From positions 1-30,833 of the forward strand of contig JAQTTP010000008.1 of the NCBI GenBank assembly GCA_028710695.1: 30,833 nt of DNA, written 5' to 3'. Below the pieces are notes generated by a model. That model was given only the letters and a program-made list of their open reading frames with translations. It ran no database searches and was not told the origin of the DNA. This DNA is from Candidatus Iainarchaeum sp. (GTDB lineage: Archaea; Iainarchaeota; Iainarchaeia; Iainarchaeales; 0-14-0-20-30-16). A program made the translations under genes and the position numbers. This document shows positions 8,163-16,718 of the stretch, in pieces; positions within the stretch are counted from its first letter, which is position 1, and each line of letters opens with the position of its first letter.

Positions 8163-9290
8163 GTGAATAAAATATTCGGTTGGTCTATTGCAGTAGTGGT
8201 AATTGCAGTAGTAATTGTATTAATTGCAGTATTCGGCGGAAGTAAGAGTGATGCGGATACTATAAAGATTGGATTCATGGCACCAATGAGTGGTGACATG
8301 GGGGTATATGGTCTATCTAGTAAGGGTGGTGCAGAATTAGCTGCAGATGATATGAATTGGACTATTAACGGGAAGAAAATAGAATTCATATATGAAGATA
8401 GTAAATGTGATGCAAAAGCAGCAAGTGAGGCAGCTAATAAGCTAATAGCTGTTGATGGAGTGAAGTACATAATTGGTTTTGTTTGTAGTTCTGAGATATT
8501 GGCTACTGCTCCAATAGCTGAGCAAGAAAAAGTAATTAATATTGGTGCATCAACAACATCTCCAGAATTGCAAAAAGCAGGAGAATATTCATTTGCAATG
8601 TATCCTTTGGATACCTTTGGTGCGAAGTATGATGCGGAATATATCTATAATAAATTAGGAAAGAGAAACGTTGCAATGTTGCTTTGTTTAAGTGACTGGT
8701 GTAAGGGTTATGAAAAACCATTTACTGAAACATTTACTGGTTTAGGCGGAAAAATAACTACTGTGGAATATAATGAAAAAGGAGCAAAAGATCTGAAAAC
8801 CCAGTTGTCAAAGATAAAAGAAACAAACCTGGATTTATTATATACAGTAGAATATAATGAAGAATTTACTGCACTAGTTACTCAATCAAAAGAGATGGGC
8901 TTAGAAACCACTATTTTTTCACCACAAATTGTAACTGAGGATGCAATCAGAACTTTAGGATCACAGATTGAGGGGTATTATACAGATGTAGTTAAATCTG
9001 ATATTGACCAATCTGCGTTTTTGGCAAAGTTGAAAACAAAAACAGGTCTAGAAACACCAGAAATAGATTTAACTGCGGGAAGATCTTATGATGCTATGTT
9101 CATGATAAAAGCAGCAATAGAGAAGGCGGGAACATCTACTGATATGGAGAAAGTTAAAGATGCTTTGTTGACAACAACTTTTACTGGAATAACGGGATAT
9201 CACGAATTCGATAAAGACGGGGTTCCTGCAAAAGGAAATTATGTTATTCAGAAAGTAGTAGATGGGAAACTTGTAGCACAATCACAATAA
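8163..9290 (+). CDS. LivK-like substrate-binding protein, TM-anchored (paralog 2)
   Basis: IKIGFMAPMSGDMGVYGLSSKGGAELAADDMNWTINGKKIEFIYEDSKCDAKAASEAANKLI. GTG start preceded by GGAGGT. Confidence 0.92.
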   Translation: MNKIFGWSIAVVVIAVVIVLIAVFGGSKSDADTIKIGFMAPMSGDMGVYGLSSKGGAELAADDMNWTINGKKIEFIYEDSKCDAKAASEAANKLIAVDGVKYIIGFVCSSEILATAPIAEQEKVINIGASTTSPELQKAGEYSFAMYPLDTFGAKYDAEYIYNKLGKRNVAMLLCLSDWCKGYEKPFTETFTGLGGKITTVEYNEKGAKDLKTQLSKIKETNLDLLYTVEYNEEFTALVTQSKEMGLETTIFSPQIVTEDAIRTLGSQIEGYYTDVVKSDIDQSAFLAKLKTKTGLETPEIDLTAGRSYDAMFMIKAAIEKAGTSTDMEKVKDALLTTTFTGITGYHEFDKDGVPAKGNYVIQKVVDGKLVAQSQ

Positions 9291-9348
9291 TTCCTTCTTT
9301 CTTCTTTTTCTTTTTTTATTCTTATTTTCAATTATTTCAACAGTAAGG

Positions 9349-9356
9349 TTTATAAC
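9349..9356 (+). promoter_or_regulatory. Candidate TATA box of toxin-antitoxin operon
   Basis: TTTATAAC about 50 bp upstream of ATG 9405. Confidence 0.4.
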
Positions 9357-9364
9357 TCTTTTTG

Positions 9365-9379
9365 TACACATAATGTGTA
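9365..9379. promoter_or_regulatory. 15-bp perfect palindrome, candidate autoregulatory operator of TA operon
   Basis: TACACAT-A-ATGTGTA between the TATA-like element and antitoxin start. Confidence 0.45.
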
Positions 9380-9404
9380 TACGATATGTATTTGGGGTGT
9401 ATTT

Positions 9405-9650
9405 ATGTCTGAAGTAATATCTGCAAGAGTATCATTAAATGATTATTCAAACAGGGTTTTGGGTGTAATAAAGGCAAAATATAACTTAAAAGATAAAAGT
9501 GAAGCTCTTAATAAGTTTATTGATATGTATGGAACAAATGAAGTTGAACCAGAATTGAAAGAAGAATATGTACAGAAAATTCTTGAATTAGAAAAAAATT
9601 ACAAAAGTAAGCCTATGTCTAAAAAAGAATTTGATAGTCTATTTGAGTGA
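9405..9650 (+). CDS. Antitoxin-like small protein (DUF2683-type)
   Basis: VISARVSLNDYSNRVLGVIKAKYNLKDKSEALNKFIDMYG is a ribbon-helix-helix style region, and the gene is coupled to a RelE-like gene. ATG 9405 with GGGGTG upstream, versus track start 9375. Confidence 0.75.
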   Translation: MSEVISARVSLNDYSNRVLGVIKAKYNLKDKSEALNKFIDMYGTNEVEPELKEEYVQKILELEKNYKSKPMSKKEFDSLFE

Positions 9651-9931
9651 TGTGGATGCTGAATTACGATGTGCATCCCCATCTAAGAAAGATTCTTCAA
9701 AAATTAAAAACCAAAGATAAAATTCGGTTAAAGATAATAAAAAATAAAATGGATGAAATTATATCCTCAACTGAAGAAACAATAGAGAACTATAAACCTC
9801 TAAGATACAATCTAAAAAATCAAAAACGAGTACATATTGACAAAAGTTTTGTTTTAGTCTTTAGCTATGATAAAAAAGAAAAATTAATTACTTTTTTAGA
9901 TTTTGATCATCACGACAACATATATAAATAA
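9650..9931 (+). CDS. RelE/ParE superfamily toxin-like protein
   Basis: HPHLRKILQKLKTKDKIRLKIIKNKMDEI...YKPLRYNLKNQKRVHIDKSFVLVFSYDKKEKLITFLDFDHHDNIY resembles archaeal RelE. TGATG coupling with antitoxin. Confidence 0.8.
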   Translation: MWMLNYDVHPHLRKILQKLKTKDKIRLKIIKNKMDEIISSTEETIENYKPLRYNLKNQKRVHIDKSFVLVFSYDKKEKLITFLDFDHHDNIYK

Positions 9932-9938
9932 GCGCTTG

Positions 9939-10670
9939 CTAATTTCTTAAAAATCCATTATCTTCCAAGTATTTGTATGCAACATTTCTTGCTTCTTTAA
10001 GTTGATAAAGATTATGGGCATCGCTATTAACCATAATTAGTTTTGCTTTTTCTAGCATGGCGTTTAGAACTTTTAAATTAGACTTTTCATTTAATAAATC
10101 TGAACCATTTACTTCTAAAGGAACATTATGCTTGTTTGCAAACTCTGTAAGCCTCTCGATGTCTATATGCTCAGAAGGATCTGCTATTGCACTTTGGTGT
10201 TTGGGGCTAAGTTCTGGGTGGCCAATACATTTTATTCTTTCTTTGTTTTTAAGAATTGCATTTTCATATCCTTCAGTTAGTTTGCCATAGTCTCCTTTAT
10301 AGGTTTCTGGGTGTGCAGAAAGAATAAGCCAATCAATTTCTTTTGAATGTTGATTCCCGCATATGTTTCCCTTTTCATCTAACAAATCTGCCTCTAGCCC
10401 AAATCTGACTTCAACATTATTAATAACATTTTTGTATCTATCTTTGTTCCAAAATGGGCCACCAGCATAAATTCCTTTTTCTATTCTCCAACAATCAATT
10501 GTTGCTTGAGAGTGATCAGTAATAGTTATTTCTTTAAGGCCAAAGATTCCAGCATAGGTTACCATTTCATCTACAGAGTTCAGGCCATCAGAATAGTTTG
10601 ATGTGTGCATATGATTGTCTGATAGTCTTGAGTTAACGATTTTAAAAGCCATAATATATTTTGTTGGCAA
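9939..10670 (-). CDS. PHP domain phosphoesterase (histidinol-phosphatase-like)
   Basis: DNHMHTSNYSDGLNSVDEMVTYAGIFGLKEITITDHSQ and IDWLILSAHPETYKG, IKCIGHPELS, LEVNGSDL, IMVNSDAHNLYQL PHP metal-binding motifs. True start may be ATG at 10652. Confidence 0.85.
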   Translation of the reverse strand: MPTKYIMAFKIVNSRLSDNHMHTSNYSDGLNSVDEMVTYAGIFGLKEITITDHSQATIDCWRIEKGIYAGGPFWNKDRYKNVINNVEVRFGLEADLLDEKGNICGNQHSKEIDWLILSAHPETYKGDYGKLTEGYENAILKNKERIKCIGHPELSPKHQSAIADPSEHIDIERLTEFANKHNVPLEVNGSDLLNEKSNLKVLNAMLEKAKLIMVNSDAHNLYQLKEARNVAYKYLEDNGFLRN

Positions 10671-10726
10671 TAGTTATTTATTTGTTTAAGTGATAATTTT
10701 ACTTATCAGCAGAGTTTGGGGATGTT

Positions 10727-11851
10727 ATGGTAAATAAAGTTTTTAGTTGGGCTGTTGTAGCCGTGTTAATTATAGTAATAGTTGTGTTGGTAGTTGTGTT
10801 TACTGGTGGGAATAGCGAAAAAGAAGTTATTAAGATTGGTGTTGTTGGGCCTTTGACTGGTGATATTGCTCAATATGGTTTATCTTACAACGCAGCAGTA
10901 GAGTTGGCGGCAGAAAAAGCAAATTATGAAATAGATGGAAAGAAAGTAGAATTTATAGTTGAAGATGGAAAATGTAATGGCACTGATGCAACAACAGCAT
11001 TTAACAAATTAATACATATTGATCAAGTAGATTTTATTATTGGTGGTTTTTGTAGTTCTGAGACCTTGGCTGGAATGCCAATTGCTGAGGCTTCAAAAAT
11101 TCTTACTTTGAGTCCAACATCAAGCAATCCAGGTTTAAAAAATGCTGGAGAATTTTTGGTTACTTTATATCCATTAGATGACTTTGAGGGCACTTTTGAT
11201 GCAGAATATGTGTATACTAAACTTGGTGCGAAAACAGTTGCCTTAATAGTAGAACAGAGCGATTGGCCCAAAGGAATTTCTGACGCATTCATAAAAAAAT
11301 ATGAAGAACTTGGGGGAAAAATTGTTGCAAAAGAATCCAATGAACAGAATGCCAAGGATTTAAAAATGCAATTGACTAAAATTGCAAGCCTAAACCCAGA
11401 TTTAATATATGTTGCACAATATACTGGCTCTTTAGCTAATTTACTTACTCAGAGGCAGGAACTAGGAATAACAATTCCTTTGATGGCACCGCAATTTATA
11501 GAAGATGGTCTAATAAAGACAGTTGGGTCTGCTGCGGAAGGAGTTTATGGATCTATAATTGATGTTCCAATAATGACTCAAGAAATGGAAATTGAAATAA
11601 AGGAACTTAGTGGGTTATCAATTCCAGAAAAAGTGTTTTCCTTGTTTGCCTATGATGCTTTTAACATTTTAAAGAAAACAATAGAAGACAAAAAAACACT
11701 TGATTCTACTGTGCTTAAAGATTATATGTTAACCCAAACTTATACAGGGTTAACTGGAAGCTACATTTTTGACAAGGACGGCGGAAACATTTCAGCAGCC
11801 TTTAAAGTAGAGAAAGTTGTGGATGGAATAAGAGTAACCCAACCACAATGA
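10727..11851 (+). CDS. LivK-like substrate-binding protein, TM-anchored (paralog 3)
   Basis: IKIGVVGPLTGDIAQYGLSYNAAVELAAEKANYEIDGKKVEFIVEDGKCNGTDATTAFNKLI; N-terminal TM, no lipobox. Confidence 0.92.
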   Translation: MVNKVFSWAVVAVLIIVIVVLVVVFTGGNSEKEVIKIGVVGPLTGDIAQYGLSYNAAVELAAEKANYEIDGKKVEFIVEDGKCNGTDATTAFNKLIHIDQVDFIIGGFCSSETLAGMPIAEASKILTLSPTSSNPGLKNAGEFLVTLYPLDDFEGTFDAEYVYTKLGAKTVALIVEQSDWPKGISDAFIKKYEELGGKIVAKESNEQNAKDLKMQLTKIASLNPDLIYVAQYTGSLANLLTQRQELGITIPLMAPQFIEDGLIKTVGSAAEGVYGSIIDVPIMTQEMEIEIKELSGLSIPEKVFSLFAYDAFNILKKTIEDKKTLDSTVLKDYMLTQTYTGLTGSYIFDKDGGNISAAFKVEKVVDGIRVTQPQ

Positions 11852-11886
11852 TTTTTTTATTTCAACTCTTTAACCACAAACTTAAG

Positions 11887-11904
11887 TTTATATAACTATA
11901 TACC
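11887..11904 (+). promoter_or_regulatory. Candidate TATA promoter region of livM-G-K-MT-GNAT-F run
   Basis: TTTATATAACTATATACC ahead of livM. Confidence 0.4.
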
Positions 11905-11931
11905 CTATTTTTTATGGAAAATGGGGTAACT

Positions 11932-12798
11932 ATGTTTAATTATCTTTTTACTGTGTTAGTGTTCTTCATTTACAACCTTTTAACTGCAGTAGCAGCTAAC
12001 TTGACTATCGGATATTTGGGTCTATTCAACTTGGGATTAATTGCATTTGTGGGAATAGGTGCTTACTCTTATGCCCTAGTAACAAAAGCGGGGCTGGGAT
12101 TCTGGCCTGCTGCCTTAGTGGCGATTGTGCTTCCTGGGCTTTTTGCTATTGCTTTGCAGCTTATAACAAAGAAGCTAAAAGGAGACTATTTTGGAATTGC
12201 TACTTTGGGGTTTACTTATGTTGTTTTTGCAATTCTAATCAATTCAGAGTTCTCAAATGGTGCTTTTGGGATTGCCGGTATTGCAAAACCCGAGATCTTT
12301 GGGTATGTGTTTAGAACCCCTGGGGAGTTCTTATTTTTCTCAACAATTGTGCTTGTAATTGTAATGCTAATAGTTTGGAAGCTTGTTAACTCGCGGTTCG
12401 GAAAACTGATGGAAGCTATAAGAGATGACGAAGTTTCTGTTAAGGTTCTTGGAAAAAATACAAACGCAGTAAAATACAAAGTTCTGTTCTTTGCAGGGGC
12501 AATCTGTGGATTAGCGGGTCTAATCTTTGCAAGTTTTATAACATTTATAGACCCTTATTCTTTCTTGCTCCAGCCTTTGATTGTAATTTTAACTATTGCT
12601 ATTCTTGGCGGGTTGGCATCTTTCTGGGGGCCTGTGCTTGGGGCAGCAATTATTACTTCTGTACCAGAGATTTTGAGATTTGTAGGGCTTCCATCTTCTA
12701 TTCTGGGGCCAGCAAGAATTCTGATTTATGCAATTATCTTAATCTTGGTTTTAATATATTGGCCTAAAGGCTTAATGGGCAGAATAAAGTATGATTAG
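11932..12798 (+). CDS. livM: Branched-chain amino acid type ABC transporter permease LivM
   Basis: LLTAVAANLTIGYLGLFNLGLIAFVGIGAYSYALV, GDYFGIATLGFTYV, FGKLMEAIRDDEVSVKVLGKNTNAVKYKVLFFAGAICGLAGLIFA...LVILTIAILGGLASFWGPVLGA. Track start 11914; ATG 11932 follows a GGGG-type SD. Confidence 0.94.
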   Translation: MFNYLFTVLVFFIYNLLTAVAANLTIGYLGLFNLGLIAFVGIGAYSYALVTKAGLGFWPAALVAIVLPGLFAIALQLITKKLKGDYFGIATLGFTYVVFAILINSEFSNGAFGIAGIAKPEIFGYVFRTPGEFLFFSTIVLVIVMLIVWKLVNSRFGKLMEAIRDDEVSVKVLGKNTNAVKYKVLFFAGAICGLAGLIFASFITFIDPYSFLLQPLIVILTIAILGGLASFWGPVLGAAIITSVPEILRFVGLPSSILGPARILIYAIILILVLIYWPKGLMGRIKYD

Positions 12799-12805
12799 TG
12801 GTGTT

Positions 12806-13543
12806 ATGGAAAATATATTGCACACAAGAGGAGTAACAAAAGCATTTGGTGGAGTGAAAGCTCTGCATAATGTCTCCATTGATGTGCTAAGTGGGAAGAT
12901 AACTGCACTCATAGGCCCAAATGGAAGCGGGAAATCTACTCTTTTTGAAATTATATCTGGATTACAAAAGCAAGATCAAGGGAAGCTATATTTCAGAGAA
13001 AAAGAGTTTAGTAAGTTAAGCCCTTATAGAAGAGCAAATCAAGGGATTGCAAGGACTTTCCAGCAGGTCAGGTTGTTTAAGAATCTGGAACTGGCAGACC
13101 ATATAGAATTTGCGGTTGATAATGGGGATACAGGTTTTTTCAAGAATCTGTTTACAAGAACAAGACTTAGTGAGGATAAGCTTAGGGCAGCATTGGATAA
13201 GGTGGGCTTGGATAAGAGGGCAGATACTCAAGCACATAACTTGAGCTATGGCCAAAGAAAGCTTTTGGATTTGGCGGTTGCTTTGGCAAAGCCACATGAT
13301 CTTTTAATGTTGGATGAACCAGTAGCTGGAGTGACCCCTAAACTAAGAACCGAGATAAAACGGATCCTATTAGAAGAAAAGAAAGCCGGGAAGAGTATAT
13401 TGCTTATAGAGCACGATATGGATTTTGTTATGGGCATTGCAGATATAGTTTATGTATTGGGGCAAGGAGAAGTAATTGCAAAAGGAACTCCTAATCAAGT
13501 GAAGAAGAACAAAGCAGTGTTGGAAGCATATTTAGGTGAATAA
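12806..13543 (+). CDS. livG: Branched-chain amino acid type ABC transporter ATPase LivG
   Basis: Walker A GPNGSGKST, signature LSYGQRKLLDLAVALA, Walker B LLMLDEPVAG. Alternative start ATG 12791 overlaps livM. Confidence 0.95.
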   Translation: MENILHTRGVTKAFGGVKALHNVSIDVLSGKITALIGPNGSGKSTLFEIISGLQKQDQGKLYFREKEFSKLSPYRRANQGIARTFQQVRLFKNLELADHIEFAVDNGDTGFFKNLFTRTRLSEDKLRAALDKVGLDKRADTQAHNLSYGQRKLLDLAVALAKPHDLLMLDEPVAGVTPKLRTEIKRILLEEKKAGKSILLIEHDMDFVMGIADIVYVLGQGEVIAKGTPNQVKKNKAVLEAYLGE

Positions 13544-13544
13544 T

Positions 13545-14669
13545 ATGAATAAGTTATGGTCTTGGGGAATAGGGGCATTGGTAATTTTACTTGTTGTATT
13601 TTTGATTATTATCTCTTTTAGTCCTAAAGAAACAGGAATAATAAAAACGGGGGTAATTGCTCCTTTAACGGGAGTAAGGGCTGATGCAGGAGAATATATT
13701 TCTAATGCAATTGCTATTGCAAAGGAAGAACTTGATTCAAATAAAGACAAGAAATACAAACTAGAATTTGTCTTTGAGGATTCTCAATACAAACCCGATA
13801 TTGCAGTAACTGTGGCAAATAAATTACTTGATTATGACAATGTAAATTATATTATTGGTCCAAGCGGGTCTTCCGAAGTACTTGCCGTAGCCCCTATAAC
13901 AGAAGAACAGAAAAAAATACTTATGATTCCTGGTGCACAAACTCCAGAAATATCTGATGCTGGAGAATATATATTTAGGTTAATGCACAATAGTGCTCAG
14001 GAAGCACCAATATTTGCAAAATTTGTTGCAAAGAATATGAAAAGTGATACAATACATCTACTTGTAATTAACACCGCCTTTGGGTCAGGTTACCTAAAGT
14101 ATTTTGTTCCTGCTTTAGAAGCAGAGGGAAAAAAGGTAGGATTAATAGAATATTTTGAATCTTCAGAAATGGATTTTAAGCAGCCTCTTGCAAAAATTAA
14201 ATCTGAGAATCCAACAGATATTTTTCCAATGTCTACTGCTAAGCAATTTGGAACTATATTGGTTCAGGCAAAGGAGATTGATTTAAATGCTCAATTCTAT
14301 ATGGTTGGAACAGAAGGCCCAGATTTGGTTAAAATTGCTGGCTTTCTTGTCGAAGGGGTAAAATACCCTTATTCTTATGATGCTTTAAGTAGTGATGACA
14401 GTAAGGTAAAAGTTTTTTATAATAACTACTTAAACAAGTTTAAATCAGAGCCAGATACAATTGCAGCCAATACTTATGATGCAGTAATGTTACTAAGTAA
14501 CTGCTTCGAAAAATTTGGAGACAAAGTAGAAGAAGTAAAAACCTGCTTATACAATACAAAAAATTATTTTGGTGTAAGCGGAACATTTAGCATTGACTCG
14601 AAAGGGGACGCAGTAAAAAAAATAATAATTAAGACAGTTAAAGATGGAAAGTTTGTAAAATATGAGTGA
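13545..14669 (+). CDS. LivK-like substrate-binding protein, TM-anchored (paralog 4)
   Basis: GVIAPLTGVRADAGEYISNAIAIAKEELDSNKDKKYKLEFVFEDSQYKPDIAVTVANKLL. Track start 13536 is the GTG of an AGGTGA SD-like sequence. Confidence 0.92.
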   Translation: MNKLWSWGIGALVILLVVFLIIISFSPKETGIIKTGVIAPLTGVRADAGEYISNAIAIAKEELDSNKDKKYKLEFVFEDSQYKPDIAVTVANKLLDYDNVNYIIGPSGSSEVLAVAPITEEQKKILMIPGAQTPEISDAGEYIFRLMHNSAQEAPIFAKFVAKNMKSDTIHLLVINTAFGSGYLKYFVPALEAEGKKVGLIEYFESSEMDFKQPLAKIKSENPTDIFPMSTAKQFGTILVQAKEIDLNAQFYMVGTEGPDLVKIAGFLVEGVKYPYSYDALSSDDSKVKVFYNNYLNKFKSEPDTIAANTYDAVMLLSNCFEKFGDKVEEVKTCLYNTKNYFGVSGTFSIDSKGDAVKKIIIKTVKDGKFVKYE

Positions 14670-15396
14670 TTATATTATGGCTGTTGTTAAAGACCAAGGT
14701 AAGAAGTTTGGACTTGCAAAAAGTAAAGACTTTGATACTCTATACTTTAAGTATAACAAAAAGCTTTTGGGATTACTAGTTGATAAAATAAAAACAAAAA
14801 AACCATTAATTGCGGACTATGGTGGAGCGAACTCTATCTTAGGGAAAGAACTACTGAATTTATTGGATAAAAAAAAGATTGTGGCGAGTATTGATAATAT
14901 TGATTCTGATTCAAAAAAATTCATTAAAGTAAAAGGTATAAAAAACATAAAGGCGGATTTTCTGAAGCCTTTGGAAAAAGAAAAATATGACTTTGCAATG
15001 TCTAGGCATACTTTACACTATCTAAACAAAAAAGACCAAAGCAAATTTCTGGATAATGTTTATGCTAGCTTAAAGCCGAATGGATATTTCTTGTTGATTA
15101 TGTTTGTTAATTCAGAAGATGTACTTAGAAAAATAAAGATAAAGATTGAGGAATACCTAAAACATAAAAAGAACATTTATCGGCAGATGTTTAGTGATGA
15201 GAGTTTTTTGGATTTAGCAGAGAAGTCCAAATTTAAGGTGATAAAAACAAAGAAGGTTAATTATACAATTTCAATTAATGATTTTTATAAGAATAGATTT
15301 AATTTATCAAAAACACAAGTTAAAGAGATAGAAAAAACTATTTGCAAGAAACATAAAGAATCAATAGTGGCCGTATTGCTAAAGAAAGGTGAATAG
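14662..15396 (+). CDS. Class I SAM-dependent methyltransferase
   Basis: KPLIADYGGANSILGKELL motif I-like, DFAMSRHTLHYLNKKDQSKFLDNVYASLKPNGYFLLIMF motif IV-VI-like. Confidence 0.82.
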   Translation: MSDYIMAVVKDQGKKFGLAKSKDFDTLYFKYNKKLLGLLVDKIKTKKPLIADYGGANSILGKELLNLLDKKKIVASIDNIDSDSKKFIKVKGIKNIKADFLKPLEKEKYDFAMSRHTLHYLNKKDQSKFLDNVYASLKPNGYFLLIMFVNSEDVLRKIKIKIEEYLKHKKNIYRQMFSDESFLDLAEKSKFKVIKTKKVNYTISINDFYKNRFNLSKTQVKEIEKTICKKHKESIVAVLLKKGE

Positions 15397-15397
15397 A

Positions 15398-15931
15398 ATG
15401 GTGATTAGGGAAATCGCCAAAGTATTGAGGTTAGATCCAAAATCCCGGTTAAAACGAAAAATAAAATCCCCCGAGGATGCAAAAATAGTTATTGAAACCT
15501 TAAAAGAAGAGATTGAAAAAAGAAAGAGAACTGTAGAATTTATGAAACAAAATGTTAAAATTGTTAAAGCAGGTAATAACACAAAAAGGTTTCAATTAGT
15601 TACCCCCGGGGGTAAAGTTGTCGCCAGTGTTAGTTGTAGCCACCTAAAGCAGGGGTTATGGGAAGGCCATGATTTATATGTTGGCTCTTATTATTTTTCT
15701 AAAGTTGAATATCGGCAGCTAGGTCTTGCAAAATTTTTGTTGGGCGCGTTAAGGGAATATTTAACAAAGAAAAATGCTACTGCCTTGCTTTTTAATGCAA
15801 AACCTGGCCTTGCAGAATTTTATGAGAAGTTGGGGGCAGTTAAAGATCAGAGTCGTAGTGAAGTGGTAGCATTTGGGCTAGTTCCAATGAAGTTTGTATT
15901 ATCGCCAGGAATAGAAGTAGGGGGGAAATAA
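15398..15931 (+). CDS. GNAT-like N-acetyltransferase domain protein
   Basis: YYFSKVEYRQLGLAKFLLGALREYLTKKNATALLFNAKPGLAEFYEKLGAVKD resembles the GNAT acetyl-CoA and C-terminal motifs. Track start 15389 is GTG of AGGTGA; ATG 15398 preferred. Confidence 0.65.
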   Translation: MVIREIAKVLRLDPKSRLKRKIKSPEDAKIVIETLKEEIEKRKRTVEFMKQNVKIVKAGNNTKRFQLVTPGGKVVASVSCSHLKQGLWEGHDLYVGSYYFSKVEYRQLGLAKFLLGALREYLTKKNATALLFNAKPGLAEFYEKLGAVKDQSRSEVVAFGLVPMKFVLSPGIEVGGK

Positions 15932-16642
15932 ATGTTAAGTATACATAACCTTAATGCAGGATATGAAGAACTGAAGGTCCTGAAGAATGTTGATCTTGAG
16001 TTCCAAATGGGGGAATTTGTGTCTATAATTGGACCAAATGGAGCAGGAAAGTCCACTGTGTTGAAATCTATATTTAATATTGCTACCTTGGAAAAAGGGT
16101 CGAGCATAAAGTTCGAGGATAAAGAGCTTGTGGGTCTGAAGCCATATCAGCTGATATTTGAAGGTGTTGCATATGTTCCGCAAGGGAGAATAAACTTTGC
16201 AGATCTTACAGTAGAGGAAAACTTGCTTATTGGAAACTATTATCTAAAAGACAAAAAGGTTTCAGAACAGAATCTTGAAAAGGTATATAAATTCTTTCCA
16301 GAATTACACAAATTCAAGAAGAAGCTTTCGTATGCTTTGAGTGGCGGACAACAACAAATGCTTGCAATAGGGCGAGCAATGATGTTAGACCCTAAAGTGC
16401 TTTTGTTGGATGAGCCTTCTTTAGGATTAAGCCCCAAATTAATAAAAGAAACCTTTGCAAAAATAAAAGAAATTGCTGAATCAGGAGTACTAGTTTTAAT
16501 GGTTGAACAGAATGCAAAGAAAGCAATGGAATGTACAGACAAAACAGTTGTGCTTGAAGGTGGAGAATTGAAATTGTTTGGGAAAAGTAAAGACCTATTA
16601 AAAGATCCTAAATTAGGAAAAGTGTTTTTTGGCGGGGAATAA
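15932..16642 (+). CDS. livF: Branched-chain amino acid type ABC transporter ATPase LivF
   Basis: Walker A GPNGAGKST, signature LSGGQQQMLAIGRAMM, Walker B VLLLDEPSLGLSP. Confidence 0.95.
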   Translation: MLSIHNLNAGYEELKVLKNVDLEFQMGEFVSIIGPNGAGKSTVLKSIFNIATLEKGSSIKFEDKELVGLKPYQLIFEGVAYVPQGRINFADLTVEENLLIGNYYLKDKKVSEQNLEKVYKFFPELHKFKKKLSYALSGGQQQMLAIGRAMMLDPKVLLLDEPSLGLSPKLIKETFAKIKEIAESGVLVLMVEQNAKKAMECTDKTVVLEGGELKLFGKSKDLLKDPKLGKVFFGGE

Positions 16643-16682
16643 GCAAGAATAAGGTAAGAGTAACAGGTCTATTTCCCTATAA

Positions 16683-16718
16683 GAATAAAAGAAAAAAGAG
16701 GGGCTCCTAATTAGGAGC
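16683..16718 (-). terminator. Hairpin overlapping stop codon plus T tract (minus strand)
   Basis: Perfect 16-nt palindrome GCTCCTAATTAGGAGC (16703-16718) covers the minus-strand stop (16707-16709); followed on minus strand by CCCTCTTTTTTCTTTTATTC. Confidence 0.65.

Noticed and set aside
3533-16642. Possibility that the region is a defence island because it includes TA, endonuclease IV-like, PHP and methyltransferase genes
   Set aside because: Endonuclease IV and PHP proteins are common housekeeping enzymes, the methyltransferase lacks DNA methylase-type motifs visible to me, and no restriction, CBASS, CRISPR or retron component is present.
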